A stretch of 64,000 bases of DNA, taken from assembly GCA_963662615.2 (NCBI GenBank), contig CAXXSR010000001.1, positions 1,792,001 to 1,856,000 of the forward strand. Direction: 5' to 3'. A program made the translations under genes and the position numbers. The notes below the pieces were generated by a model that had not been told where the DNA came from, did not search any database, and saw only the letters and a program-made list of their open reading frames with translations. The DNA comes from Dehalococcoidia bacterium. Lineage in GTDB: Bacteria > Chloroflexota > Dehalococcoidia > Bin125. This document shows positions 20,385-28,850 of this stretch, piece by piece (within the stretch, counting starts at the first letter, position 1; the number at the start of each line of letters is the position of its first letter).

Positions 20385-20660
20385 AGCCTGGCGCTCTCTG
20401 CCATGCCCAGCCCGAGGTCCAACCTTTCCCTAGTAGACCAGCCGCACGCACGGACGTGACGCCTACGAGGCCACGATTCAGTCCGGCCCGCGCGGCTCCT
20501 CGCAGGTGGGAACGCTGCCGGTTAATCCCCTGCGTCCCCAACAGCGGCTCGAGTGCCGCCCGCCACGGTTCGCCTCATCCCCACCGCTAGCCGGGGTCGG
20601 ATGCGGTTCTGGACCCCTTCAGGACAGCACGCCGGCAAGGCTTCCAAGTTGCGACTCAAA

Positions 20661-20711
20661 GCGCCCCCAGCAGAAGATCTGGGGACTGAGTTCTGGCAGC
20701 ACCTACGTGAG
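20661..20711. repeat. 51-bp imperfect direct repeat, copy B
   Basis: GCGCCCCCAGCAGAAGATCTGGGGACTGAGTTCTGGCAGCACCTACGTGAG; covers the last two codons and stop of the FAD oxidoreductase plus 42 nt downstream. Confidence 0.8.
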
Positions 20712-22103
20712 TTGATGCGTCTTGATCGGCGCGCCAATTCCCTGCAGCAGCTCCTGCACGTGGCCCACGTCCACGTCCCGCACAGTGCGCTCGCTGCGGA
20801 TGGCCAGGGCCGCGGCCATCCCCACCGCCTGACCACCGGCCATGCAGGCGGGCATGTTGCGCGTGCGGCCATGGGCGATGTGATCGACCGAAATGCAGCG
20901 TCCGGCGACAAGAAGCTGCTCGATCTCCATCGGCACGAAGCAGCGGTAGGGGATCTCGTAGGGGCGGAGCGCCTGGAAGTCCACGTCGGCGCCCTTCACG
21001 TCATGGATGTCGTGTGCCGACTGATCGGCCATGACCGAATCCTCGAATTGCGCCCCGTGGGTGACGTCGTGTCCGCTGAGCACATATCCGCCCAGGATAT
21101 GGCGCGTCTCGCGAACCCCGAGTACCGGCGCGATCGGTCCCAGCCGGCTCTTCTCGAATCCGGGAATGTCCTCTTTGAGGAATTGCGCGTAGGACGCGAT
21201 CTGCCGGTAACACTCGACGATGGAGTCACTGATATCGAGGGGGGAGAGACCGGAAGCACCCAACACGCGGGTGGCGTTGACGTACAGCTCCCCGTTGGTG
21301 GTCTTTAGCGTGATGTTCTCCCGGTACAGCTTGATCCCGGTGCGCTGCTGAAACTCGCGCACCAGCGGGCCAAACCCGGTGAGCCAGAGTCCGTACGCCA
21401 ACTCCTCCTCGTTCTCCGGGATGGCCCGGTCTGGGACGATCTCCGGGTGCTCCCCCGCCCATTGCGCCAGCCGTTTGAGGTCCACGTCCCGCAGGATGAA
21501 GTACAGGGTGACCGGCTGCGTGGCGGGCTCCTCATCTCCTGTCCCCACGACGAACGGCGCGCCGGCCTTGGCGGCCACATCCCCGTCGGCGGAGCAATCA
21601 ATTACCACCCGACTGCGAATGTACTGCCGCCCGCCCTTGCTTTCGATGATCACGCCCCGGACCGTGTTTCCCTCCATCACCGGCCGCGACACGAACGCCT
21701 CGAAGACCAATTGCACCCCCGCTTCCCGGCACATGGTCACCAACAGGATCTTCATCATTTCGGGATCGGCCGGAGATGCGATGCGGATTTCGCCCTCCTT
21801 GAGCCGGGCCACGTAATCCTTGCCTGCCGCGCCGACCGAGCGGGCACGGTCCCAGATCTCCAGCGGCAGGCCGCCCGCCAACGCCCCCGACGGTTTGGTG
21901 TTCAAGCCCAGCGTGAGGTTGCCGCCCAACGCGCCGAAGCGCTCCACGATGGCGACGGAGGCACCCTGCCGAGCAGCGTTGATCGCCGCCAAGGGGCCGG
22001 TCGTGCCACCCCCCACAACGACGATATCGACGTTGAGCAAGAGCGGCACTTCTTGGGCGGGTTCGAGAATCTTTTCGCCGGTCATCGGATTCATCGTCTC
22101 CAC
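20703..22103 (-). CDS. FAD-dependent oxidoreductase (FAD_oxidored family)
   Basis: DIVVVGGGTTG, IDCSADGDVA, GVRETRHI, YEIPYRC, LLVAGRCIS, GQAVG. Confidence 0.9.
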   Translation of the reverse strand: METMNPMTGEKILEPAQEVPLLLNVDIVVVGGGTTGPLAAINAARQGASVAIVERFGALGGNLTLGLNTKPSGALAGGLPLEIWDRARSVGAAGKDYVARLKEGEIRIASPADPEMMKILLVTMCREAGVQLVFEAFVSRPVMEGNTVRGVIIESKGGRQYIRSRVVIDCSADGDVAAKAGAPFVVGTGDEEPATQPVTLYFILRDVDLKRLAQWAGEHPEIVPDRAIPENEEELAYGLWLTGFGPLVREFQQRTGIKLYRENITLKTTNGELYVNATRVLGASGLSPLDISDSIVECYRQIASYAQFLKEDIPGFEKSRLGPIAPVLGVRETRHILGGYVLSGHDVTHGAQFEDSVMADQSAHDIHDVKGADVDFQALRPYEIPYRCFVPMEIEQLLVAGRCISVDHIAHGRTRNMPACMAGGQAVGMAAALAIRSERTVRDVDVGHVQELLQGIGAPIKTHQLT

Positions 22104-22466
22104 AAGCCTTCGCTACTTGGGCGTGGGGATCGCTCTGCGGGCCAGCCTATCCTAATCACGAGTTCACCCGTTCGACAGGACCCGGGGACGAGGACGAGCC
22201 TAGCGCCAAAGAGGTCGGCCGGTACTGCCGCGCGGCGCCATCGAGCAGTGTCGCGCTCTTTCTGCTCGCCGCGGGGCCGCGGACGAGGGCCAGTCCAGCC
22301 ATGCGGGGAGCGGCCCAAACGCGCAGCGCCCCTACCTCGACCGATGAAGAGCCGTCGCTGCTGGCGGATTCGGGATCGGACCCTATGTTGGATGGGCCAA
22401 CCAGAAGGAGGGGCCGATGCCGCCGTATGCGACCTTCCACGGGGACAAGATAAAGAGGTGATCGAT

Positions 22467-23435
22467 ATGGACTCCATACCCCAGCGCGCCTCTGTGATTG
22501 GCGCCGGCACCATGGGCCCTGGCATTGCCCAGTGTCTGGCCGATCGCGGTATCCGAGTCAAGCTGTACGGGCTCGACGATGATGAACTTGATCGGGCAAT
22601 GCAGCGGATCGCCGCCAATCACCAGCTCCTCATGGAGATGGGGCTGCTCGAGCCCGCGGCCGCGCGGCAGGCCGAAGCGTTGGTTGAGAGGACGACCTCG
22701 CTCGAGCACGCAGCCGGCGATGTCGATTTGCTTTTCGAGGCCGCACCGGAAAATCTTGAGCTGAAATGCGGCTTGTTGGAGCAGCTTGGCCGCCTCTGCC
22801 CGCCTTCCACGGTCTTGGCGACGAACACATCCGGCCTCTCCATCACCACACTGGGCGACGCCAGCGGCCGGCCGCAACATTTGGCCGGTTGCCACTGGGT
22901 GAATCCGCCGCAGCTCGTGCCGCTCGTCGAAGTGATTAGTGGCCGGCAGACGGCCCCGGCGGTGATCGAGATGCTGATGGGGCTGATGCGATTCCTGGGC
23001 AAACGACCGATCCACGTCAGACAAGACGTGCCCGGCTTCGTTCTCAATCGCTTGCAGTTCGCCTTGTTGCGCGAGGCGCTGCATCTAGTGGAGAACGGCA
23101 TCGCCAGCGCCGCGGAGGTGGATCAAGCGATGACCGCGGGTCTGGGAATGCGTTACGCCGTCGCTGGTCCCCTCCGCACGGCCGACCTTGGCGGACTCGA
23201 CCTATTCACCACGATCGCCTCCTACCTTTGGCCGCAATTGAGTAACGCCGACGCGCCATCGACGGCCCTGACGCAGCACGTCGATCACGGGGATCTCGGG
23301 GCGAAGACCGGGCGAGGCTTTTATGAGTACGACCAGCACACGACGGCCCAACTGACTCGCGAGCGTGACCACTTCCTCCTGCGCTTGGGCGCGCTCAAGC
23401 AGGAGCTATCGGGAAACTTAGAGGCGTCCGTCTGA
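22467..23435 (+). CDS. 3-hydroxyacyl-CoA dehydrogenase family protein
   Basis: VIGAGTMG, EAAPENLELK, ATNTSGL, HWVNPP, LVEVI, PGFVLNRLQ, GAKTGRGFY; GAGGTG RBS before ATG 22467. Confidence 0.93.
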   Translation: MDSIPQRASVIGAGTMGPGIAQCLADRGIRVKLYGLDDDELDRAMQRIAANHQLLMEMGLLEPAAARQAEALVERTTSLEHAAGDVDLLFEAAPENLELKCGLLEQLGRLCPPSTVLATNTSGLSITTLGDASGRPQHLAGCHWVNPPQLVPLVEVISGRQTAPAVIEMLMGLMRFLGKRPIHVRQDVPGFVLNRLQFALLREALHLVENGIASAAEVDQAMTAGLGMRYAVAGPLRTADLGGLDLFTTIASYLWPQLSNADAPSTALTQHVDHGDLGAKTGRGFYEYDQHTTAQLTRERDHFLLRLGALKQELSGNLEASV

Positions 23436-23487
23436 GCCCTGAAGCAGCGCCGGCCACGCTCGCGGATCGCCGGCAGCGGTCCGGAGG

Positions 23488-25278
23488 TTAACTCAGGTGA
23501 TGCACTTCACCCATGCCGTAGACCGGCGTCGGGATGCCTTCGTAGCGGGCCTTAAGCTGGAGTGAGAGGAACTGTGAATAGTGGCGCGACTGGTGGAGGT
23601 TGCCGCCGTGGAACCACAGTCCCTCCTGCTTGGTGGGTTTCCACATGTTGCGCTCCTCGCCCTCCCACGGTCCCGGGTCCTTCGTGGTGTCCGACCCCAG
23701 ACCCCACACCTTGCCGACCTTGTCGGCGACGTCCTGGGAGATGATCTTGGCGGCCCATCCGTTCATCGACCCGTAACCGGTGGCGAGCACGATCAGGTCG
23801 GCGGGCAGCTCCTTGCCGTTGCTGAGCGTGACCGAGTGCTCGTCGATGCGCTCAATATTGGTGCCGCTTTCGAGCTTCACCTTGCCGTCGATGATGAGCT
23901 GCGACGCCCCCACGTCGATGTAGTACCCCAAGCCGCGTCGCAGGTACTTCATGAAGAGCCCCGAGCCATCCTCGCCGAAGTCGAGAAGGAACCCGGCCTC
24001 TTCCAGCGCCCGGTAGAAGTCGGCGTCCCGGCGAGCCATCTCCTCGTAGATTGGGGTCTGGAACGTGGGCATGATGCGGTAGGGGATGCTGGCGAAGATC
24101 ATGTCCGCGGTGTTGGTAGTGACACCGTTGGCCACGGCCCGTTCCGAGTAGAGATCGGCGAGCGCCAGCTCCATCAGCGTCGCCGAGCGGGCCACGTGGG
24201 TGGATGAGCGCTGGATCATGGTGACGTCGGCGCCGTGCTCCCACAGCGCGGCGCAGATGTCGTGGGCGGAGTTGGTCGACCCCAGCACCACGCAGCGCTT
24301 GCCCGCGTACTGCGCGCTGTCACGGTGCCGGCTCGAGTGGTGGATGTCGCCCTGGAAGCTGTCGGCGCCGGGGATGTTGGGAACGCTGGGCATGCCGGAC
24401 ATGCCCGTCGCCAGCACCAACTGCCTCGGCCGCAACACCACCGGCTCGCCCTCCCGGTCGACGCTGATCGTCCATTCGCCGGCGCCCTCGTCGTAGCTCG
24501 CGCTGGTCGCCTCACTGTTCGTCCAGTAGTTCAGCTCCATGATCTTGGTGTACGACTCCAGCCAGTCGCCAATCTTGTCCTTCGGCGCGAACACCGGCGA
24601 GTGATCGGGGAACGGCAGGTACGGGAGGTGGTCGTACCAGACCGGGTCGTGCAGGCAGAGCGACTTGTAGCGCTTGCGCCAGGAGTCGCCTGGTCGCTCG
24701 TTCCTCTCCAGGATGATCGTCGGCACCTGCAGCCGGCGCAGCCGCGCCCCCAGCGCGATGCCACCCTGCCCGCCGCCGATGATCACAACGTACGGCTGGG
24801 TCTCGTAGCCGAGCGTCGCCCGTTCCTCCTCGAGCCGTTCCAGCCAGCTCTTGCGTCCCGGTACCACGCCGTGCTCAACGCCCAGGGCACGATCCTCACC
24901 GCTAAGCTCCTCGTGACCCTTCAGCTCATCCATCGTCGTGAGCATCGTCCAGCACCACTCGCCCTGGAGCCTGATGTGGCCGCGGCCGCGGGATGCCCCG
25001 GTCTCGAACCTGAACCAGGCGTCCGTCACGCCATCCGCTTCGGTCGCCTCGCCGTCGATCCGCCAGTTCGACGCTCGGGTGTCGTCGCTGCGGGCCTCAA
25101 GCATCGCCCGGATCGCCTCGCGCCCCTCGCTCGTCGTGATGTTCCAGGTAAACGAGACCAGGTCGCGCCAGTAGCTGTCCTCCTCGAACATCTCGGCGCC
25201 GCCGGAGAAGTTCCTGGCCTCGAGCGCTGCCCCGAAGTCGGAGAGCCAAGCAGTAACCCGATCGGTCGCTGCGTCCAT
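23488..25278 (-). CDS. flavin-containing monooxygenase (FMO/CzcO-like) with N-terminal NTF2-like region
   Basis: IIGGGQGG, WRKRYKSLCLHDPVWYDHLPY, LVLATG, HHSSRH, NSAHDI; start ATG 25278 or 25284. Confidence 0.9.
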   Translation of the reverse strand: MDAATDRVTAWLSDFGAALEARNFSGGAEMFEEDSYWRDLVSFTWNITTSEGREAIRAMLEARSDDTRASNWRIDGEATEADGVTDAWFRFETGASRGRGHIRLQGEWCWTMLTTMDELKGHEELSGEDRALGVEHGVVPGRKSWLERLEEERATLGYETQPYVVIIGGGQGGIALGARLRRLQVPTIILERNERPGDSWRKRYKSLCLHDPVWYDHLPYLPFPDHSPVFAPKDKIGDWLESYTKIMELNYWTNSEATSASYDEGAGEWTISVDREGEPVVLRPRQLVLATGMSGMPSVPNIPGADSFQGDIHHSSRHRDSAQYAGKRCVVLGSTNSAHDICAALWEHGADVTMIQRSSTHVARSATLMELALADLYSERAVANGVTTNTADMIFASIPYRIMPTFQTPIYEEMARRDADFYRALEEAGFLLDFGEDGSGLFMKYLRRGLGYYIDVGASQLIIDGKVKLESGTNIERIDEHSVTLSNGKELPADLIVLATGYGSMNGWAAKIISQDVADKVGKVWGLGSDTTKDPGPWEGEERNMWKPTKQEGLWFHGGNLHQSRHYSQFLSLQLKARYEGIPTPVYGMGEVHHLS

Positions 25279-25438
25279 ATACATTTCCCCTACGCGTCGC
25301 GGTGGCGTCGGCGCCTGCTTTGTCGCCTGAGCAATGCTACGCCTCCAGCGGCTTCGGCCCCTCCGCGTACCGCGCCGATTTGAGGCACGGGCCTCGGTGG
25401 ACGACACTCCCTCCACGGCAAGACGGAAGGAGCCTCGC

Positions 25439-26245
25439 GTGGCGGCAAACAGACTGGACGGCAAGGTCGCGATCATTACCGGGGGGAGCAGCGGCATCGG
25501 CGCCAGCACCGCGCATACGTTTGCGCGGGAAGGGGCGAAAGTCGTGCTCATGGCGCGCAGAGAAGCGCAGGGCCGCTCCGTCGAACAGGCCATCCGCGAC
25601 GCCGGTGGGGAAGCCACCTTCATCGCCTGCGACGTCGCCGACGATCAATCCGTGGCCGCTGCCGTCGGCCAAGCGGCCAACACGTACGACGGCGTCCACC
25701 TCCTCTTCAACAACGCCGGCGGCGGCGCCCGCAGCCGCTTCCCGGACGAGTCCAACGAGGAGTGGGACCGCGTCATCACCGTGAACCTGACCGGGACGTT
25801 CTACGTCAGTCGAGCCGTCTGGCCGCACCTGATCGACGCCGGGGGCGGCGCCGTCGTCAACATGTCCTCGCTCGCCGCGCAGCGCGGCTTCAGCCCCCGC
25901 ATGCTCGAGGAATTCGGCACTCCCTCGGCGTCCTACTACGCGGCCAAAGCGGGCGTCGATGCCTTGACCCGCTACATGGCCGGGGTCGGGGGCAAACACA
26001 ACATCCGCGTCAACTGCGTGCGGCCCGGGCAGATCCTCACGCCGGGCGCGACGGGCGGCACCACCAGCGATCCCGACGGCGGTCACCACGTCTTCGAGAA
26101 GCTGTTCAACTTCGCCCAAATTCTGCCGGGACCGGGCCTGCCGCAAGACGTCGCCAACCTGGTGCTGTTTCTCGCCAGCGACGAGTCGCGCTTCATCAGC
26201 GGCGAAATCATCAACGTCGACGGCGGCGTCGCCGCCAAAATCTAG
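25439..26245 (+). CDS. short-chain dehydrogenase/reductase
   Basis: TGGSSGIG, NNAG, YYAAK, IRVNCVRPG, NVDGG; AAGGAG RBS before GTG. Confidence 0.93.
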   Translation: MAANRLDGKVAIITGGSSGIGASTAHTFAREGAKVVLMARREAQGRSVEQAIRDAGGEATFIACDVADDQSVAAAVGQAANTYDGVHLLFNNAGGGARSRFPDESNEEWDRVITVNLTGTFYVSRAVWPHLIDAGGGAVVNMSSLAAQRGFSPRMLEEFGTPSASYYAAKAGVDALTRYMAGVGGKHNIRVNCVRPGQILTPGATGGTTSDPDGGHHVFEKLFNFAQILPGPGLPQDVANLVLFLASDESRFISGEIINVDGGVAAKI

Positions 26246-27786
26246 CAGTGGCGTCGCCGCCACAAGCGAAAGCCGCCGGCCGGCAGCATTACGGCCATCG
26301 CGGCGACGGCGGCCCACACCCAAGCCGGAGCGGACGAGGTGCCGCCAGCCGCCAGGCCGCCATTTCCAGCGGCGGGCAAGACGGCAGGCGATTGCATGAC
26401 CTTGAAGACGTTGTGGCTCTCATTCCCGGTCACGTAGACGATCCCGTCCGGTGTGACCGCGATTCCCCATGGCTTCTCTAGCGCGTGGATCCCGTCACCG
26501 CCGGCGTCCAGGATCTGCGTGATTGAGCCGTCCGGCGTGATGCGGAACACGTTCTCGCTCCCAGAAGCGAGCACGTAGACGTTGCCCGCGGCATCGACGG
26601 CGACGCCCACCGGCCCGTCAAGCGCGTGCCTCCCATCGCCCGCGGAATCAAGAATCTGAGTAACGCGGCCGCTCGGCTCGAGTTTGAATAGATTGTCGCT
26701 TCTAACTCCCGCGACGTAGACGTTCCCGTCCGGACCGGCCGCAACGTCCGCTGGCCCATCGAGCGCGTGCAACCCATCGCCAATAGCGTTGAGGACTTGA
26801 GCGATCGACCCGTCCGCGCTGATCCGAAATACGTTGTCCGTGCGGATCGCATTGACGTACACGTTGCCCGCCGCATCAATGGTGATCCCCGTCGGAATGT
26901 CCAGAGCGTTCACCCCGTCGCCATTCTTGTCGATGATCTGCGTCACGATTCCGCCTGGAGTGATCCGGAACACGTTGTCGCTAAGGATGCCCACGACATA
27001 TACGTTCTCAGCTCGGTCGATGCTGATCTCAGTGCCACCCATGAACCGACCCATTCCGCCGCCCGTTACGTCAAGGATCGGGGTCACGACGCCGTCCGGC
27101 GTCATCTTGTAGAGGAACTGGGTATTGGTCGGATCCTCGCCACGCGCTGTGACGTAGACCGCACCATCGCTACCGGTTGCCACGCTCTCTGCGATACTGA
27201 GCCCATGCACGCCGTCGCCGCTCGCATTCAGGATCTGCTTGATCGTGCCGTCCGGTGCGATCTGAAAGACGTTGTCGCTCTTTAGTCCAACGACATACAC
27301 GTTCCCGTCTCGATCAACAGCAATGCCCCGGGGGGAACGGAGGGCATGCGTGCCATCACCACTCGCATCGAGGATTTGTGTGACGGTATATCGCTCACCG
27401 CGGCCGTCCGCTTGATCTACCAGCCCAACGCTCTCCGTGGCAGGAGGCGCGGCAGGTGGCGGCCAAATCTGCGTGATCTCGCCGTCGGGCGTGATCTGGA
27501 AGAGGCTGATGCTGTCACTCCCGGTGACGTAGACCGTTCCGCCCTCAGTGACGGCGATCCCAGCGGGGGCTTCAAGCGCATGCACTCCGTCTCCAGCGGC
27601 GTCCATGATCTGCTCGACGCGATCTTCACCCCGCGTGATCTTGAAAACGTTGTTGCTCCCGTGCGCAGTCACATAGGCGTTGCCGGCCCCATCGATCGCG
27701 ATTCGGTGCGGATTCGTGGCAGGGTGCACACCGTCCCCGCTCCGATCGAGTAGGCGAACGAGAGCGCCCTCCGGCGAGATCCTCAC
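26242..27786 (-). CDS. NHL-repeat beta-propeller surface protein, C-terminal fragment, with LPAAG sorting signal, hydrophobic helix and basic tail
   Basis: Nine repeats of PxGIAVDxxGNVYV...NVFRITPDG. Ends LPAAGNGGLA...WVWAAVAAMAVML...RRRHC. Continues the upstream ORF across a frameshift. Confidence 0.85.
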   Translation of the reverse strand: MRISPEGALVRLLDRSGDGVHPATNPHRIAIDGAGNAYVTAHGSNNVFKITRGEDRVEQIMDAAGDGVHALEAPAGIAVTEGGTVYVTGSDSISLFQITPDGEITQIWPPPAAPPATESVGLVDQADGRGERYTVTQILDASGDGTHALRSPRGIAVDRDGNVYVVGLKSDNVFQIAPDGTIKQILNASGDGVHGLSIAESVATGSDGAVYVTARGEDPTNTQFLYKMTPDGVVTPILDVTGGGMGRFMGGTEISIDRAENVYVVGILSDNVFRITPGGIVTQIIDKNGDGVNALDIPTGITIDAAGNVYVNAIRTDNVFRISADGSIAQVLNAIGDGLHALDGPADVAAGPDGNVYVAGVRSDNLFKLEPSGRVTQILDSAGDGRHALDGPVGVAVDAAGNVYVLASGSENVFRITPDGSITQILDAGGDGIHALEKPWGIAVTPDGIVYVTGNESHNVFKVMQSPAVLPAAGNGGLAAGGTSSAPAWVWAAVAAMAVMLPAGGFRLWRRRHC

Positions 27787-28586
27787 GACTGAGTTTGAGC
27801 CCCCACAACGAACCCCACAACGTAGAGGAAGCCGGCAGAATCGATGACGATGGCACTCCGCGGCTTGAGGGAGAAGCGGGTGGGCTGCCCATCACCCACC
27901 ACGTGGGTGATCATGCCGGTGGGAGCGATCTGAAAGACATTGTTGCTACGCACCCCGATGGCGTAGACATTGCCAGACTCATCCACTGCGACGTCTGCAG
28001 GACCTTCGAGGGAGTGGGTGCCGTCGCCGTTGGCGTCGAGGATCTGTGTGATCGTGCCGTCAGGCGCGATCCGGAAGACGTTGTCGCTGGAATACCCTGT
28101 TACGTAGACATTTCCAACGGCGTCGACAGCCACGCCATCTGCTCCGTCAAACGGGTGAGTCCCATCCCCTCGCGCATCAAGGATCTGGGCGATGGCGCCG
28201 TCCGGCGTGATCCGGAAGACGTTGTCCGTTAGGCCGCCCGTCACGTACACGTTTCCGCGCCCATCGACGGCGACATCTCTCGGGAAATCAAACGGGTGGA
28301 CGCCATCTCCGTCGCGGTCGAGGAGGGTTGTCCGCGTGCCGTCCTGTGCGATCCGAATGACCCTGTAGCGATCCCACGCGACGTAGACGTTCCCGACCGT
28401 GTCCACGGCGACGCTCGTGGGCCCGATCCCGCCGCAACAGGGGCGTGCTGTGTGTTCGATGCCTCCCCGGGTGACAGCCTGCTCGGCGGCTGTGCCAGAC
28501 GGACTCGGCGTTGCCGCCAGGGCCGCCAGCGCCGTCCCGCACAGCAGCCCCAACACGATCGCTCGCCTCCGCATCGCATCGCGCAT
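27783..28586 (-). CDS. NHL-repeat beta-propeller surface protein, N-terminal fragment with signal peptide
   Basis: MRRRAIVLGLLCGTALAALAA signal peptide, five NHL repeats; frame lost at about 27801-27822. Confidence 0.85.
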   Translation of the reverse strand: MRDAMRRRAIVLGLLCGTALAALAATPSPSGTAAEQAVTRGGIEHTARPCCGGIGPTSVAVDTVGNVYVAWDRYRVIRIAQDGTRTTLLDRDGDGVHPFDFPRDVAVDGRGNVYVTGGLTDNVFRITPDGAIAQILDARGDGTHPFDGADGVAVDAVGNVYVTGYSSDNVFRIAPDGTITQILDANGDGTHSLEGPADVAVDESGNVYAIGVRSNNVFQIAPTGMITHVVGDGQPTRFSLKPRSAIVIDSAGFLYVVGFVVGAQTQS

Positions 28587-28803
28587 GCTCGAGACCCCCT
28601 CTGCAGCCAGACGGTACAGGAGCCGTTCCGGTTCCCCCGAATTCTAAACCCGCTCGCTTCCCGCTTGATTCGAACGTGGCGAGAGACCTTGGAGTTTCCG
28701 GATGGCGTGTCCGCACAGGCCGGGGGCTGCCATGCTGGAACCAACTCCGCAGACATCGCGTCTAGACAGGAGGAGCGAGGGGCGGGCCGCCACGCACGGG
28801 GGC

Positions 28804-28850
28804 GACAGGAACACCGACAGGAACCCTGACCGGAACCCTGACCGGAACTA
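28804..28850. repeat. tandem 12-bp repeat GAC(A/C)GGAACnnn, 4 copies
   Basis: GACAGGAACACC GACAGGAACCCT GACCGGAACCCT GACCGGAACTA immediately before the pbpC ATG. Confidence 0.8.

Noticed and set aside
21447-22466. Long N-terminal extension of the 3-hydroxyacyl-CoA dehydrogenase (likewise 39528-40784 and 25285-25623)
   Set aside because: Extensions overlap divergent genes; RBS-supported internal starts match family N-termini.
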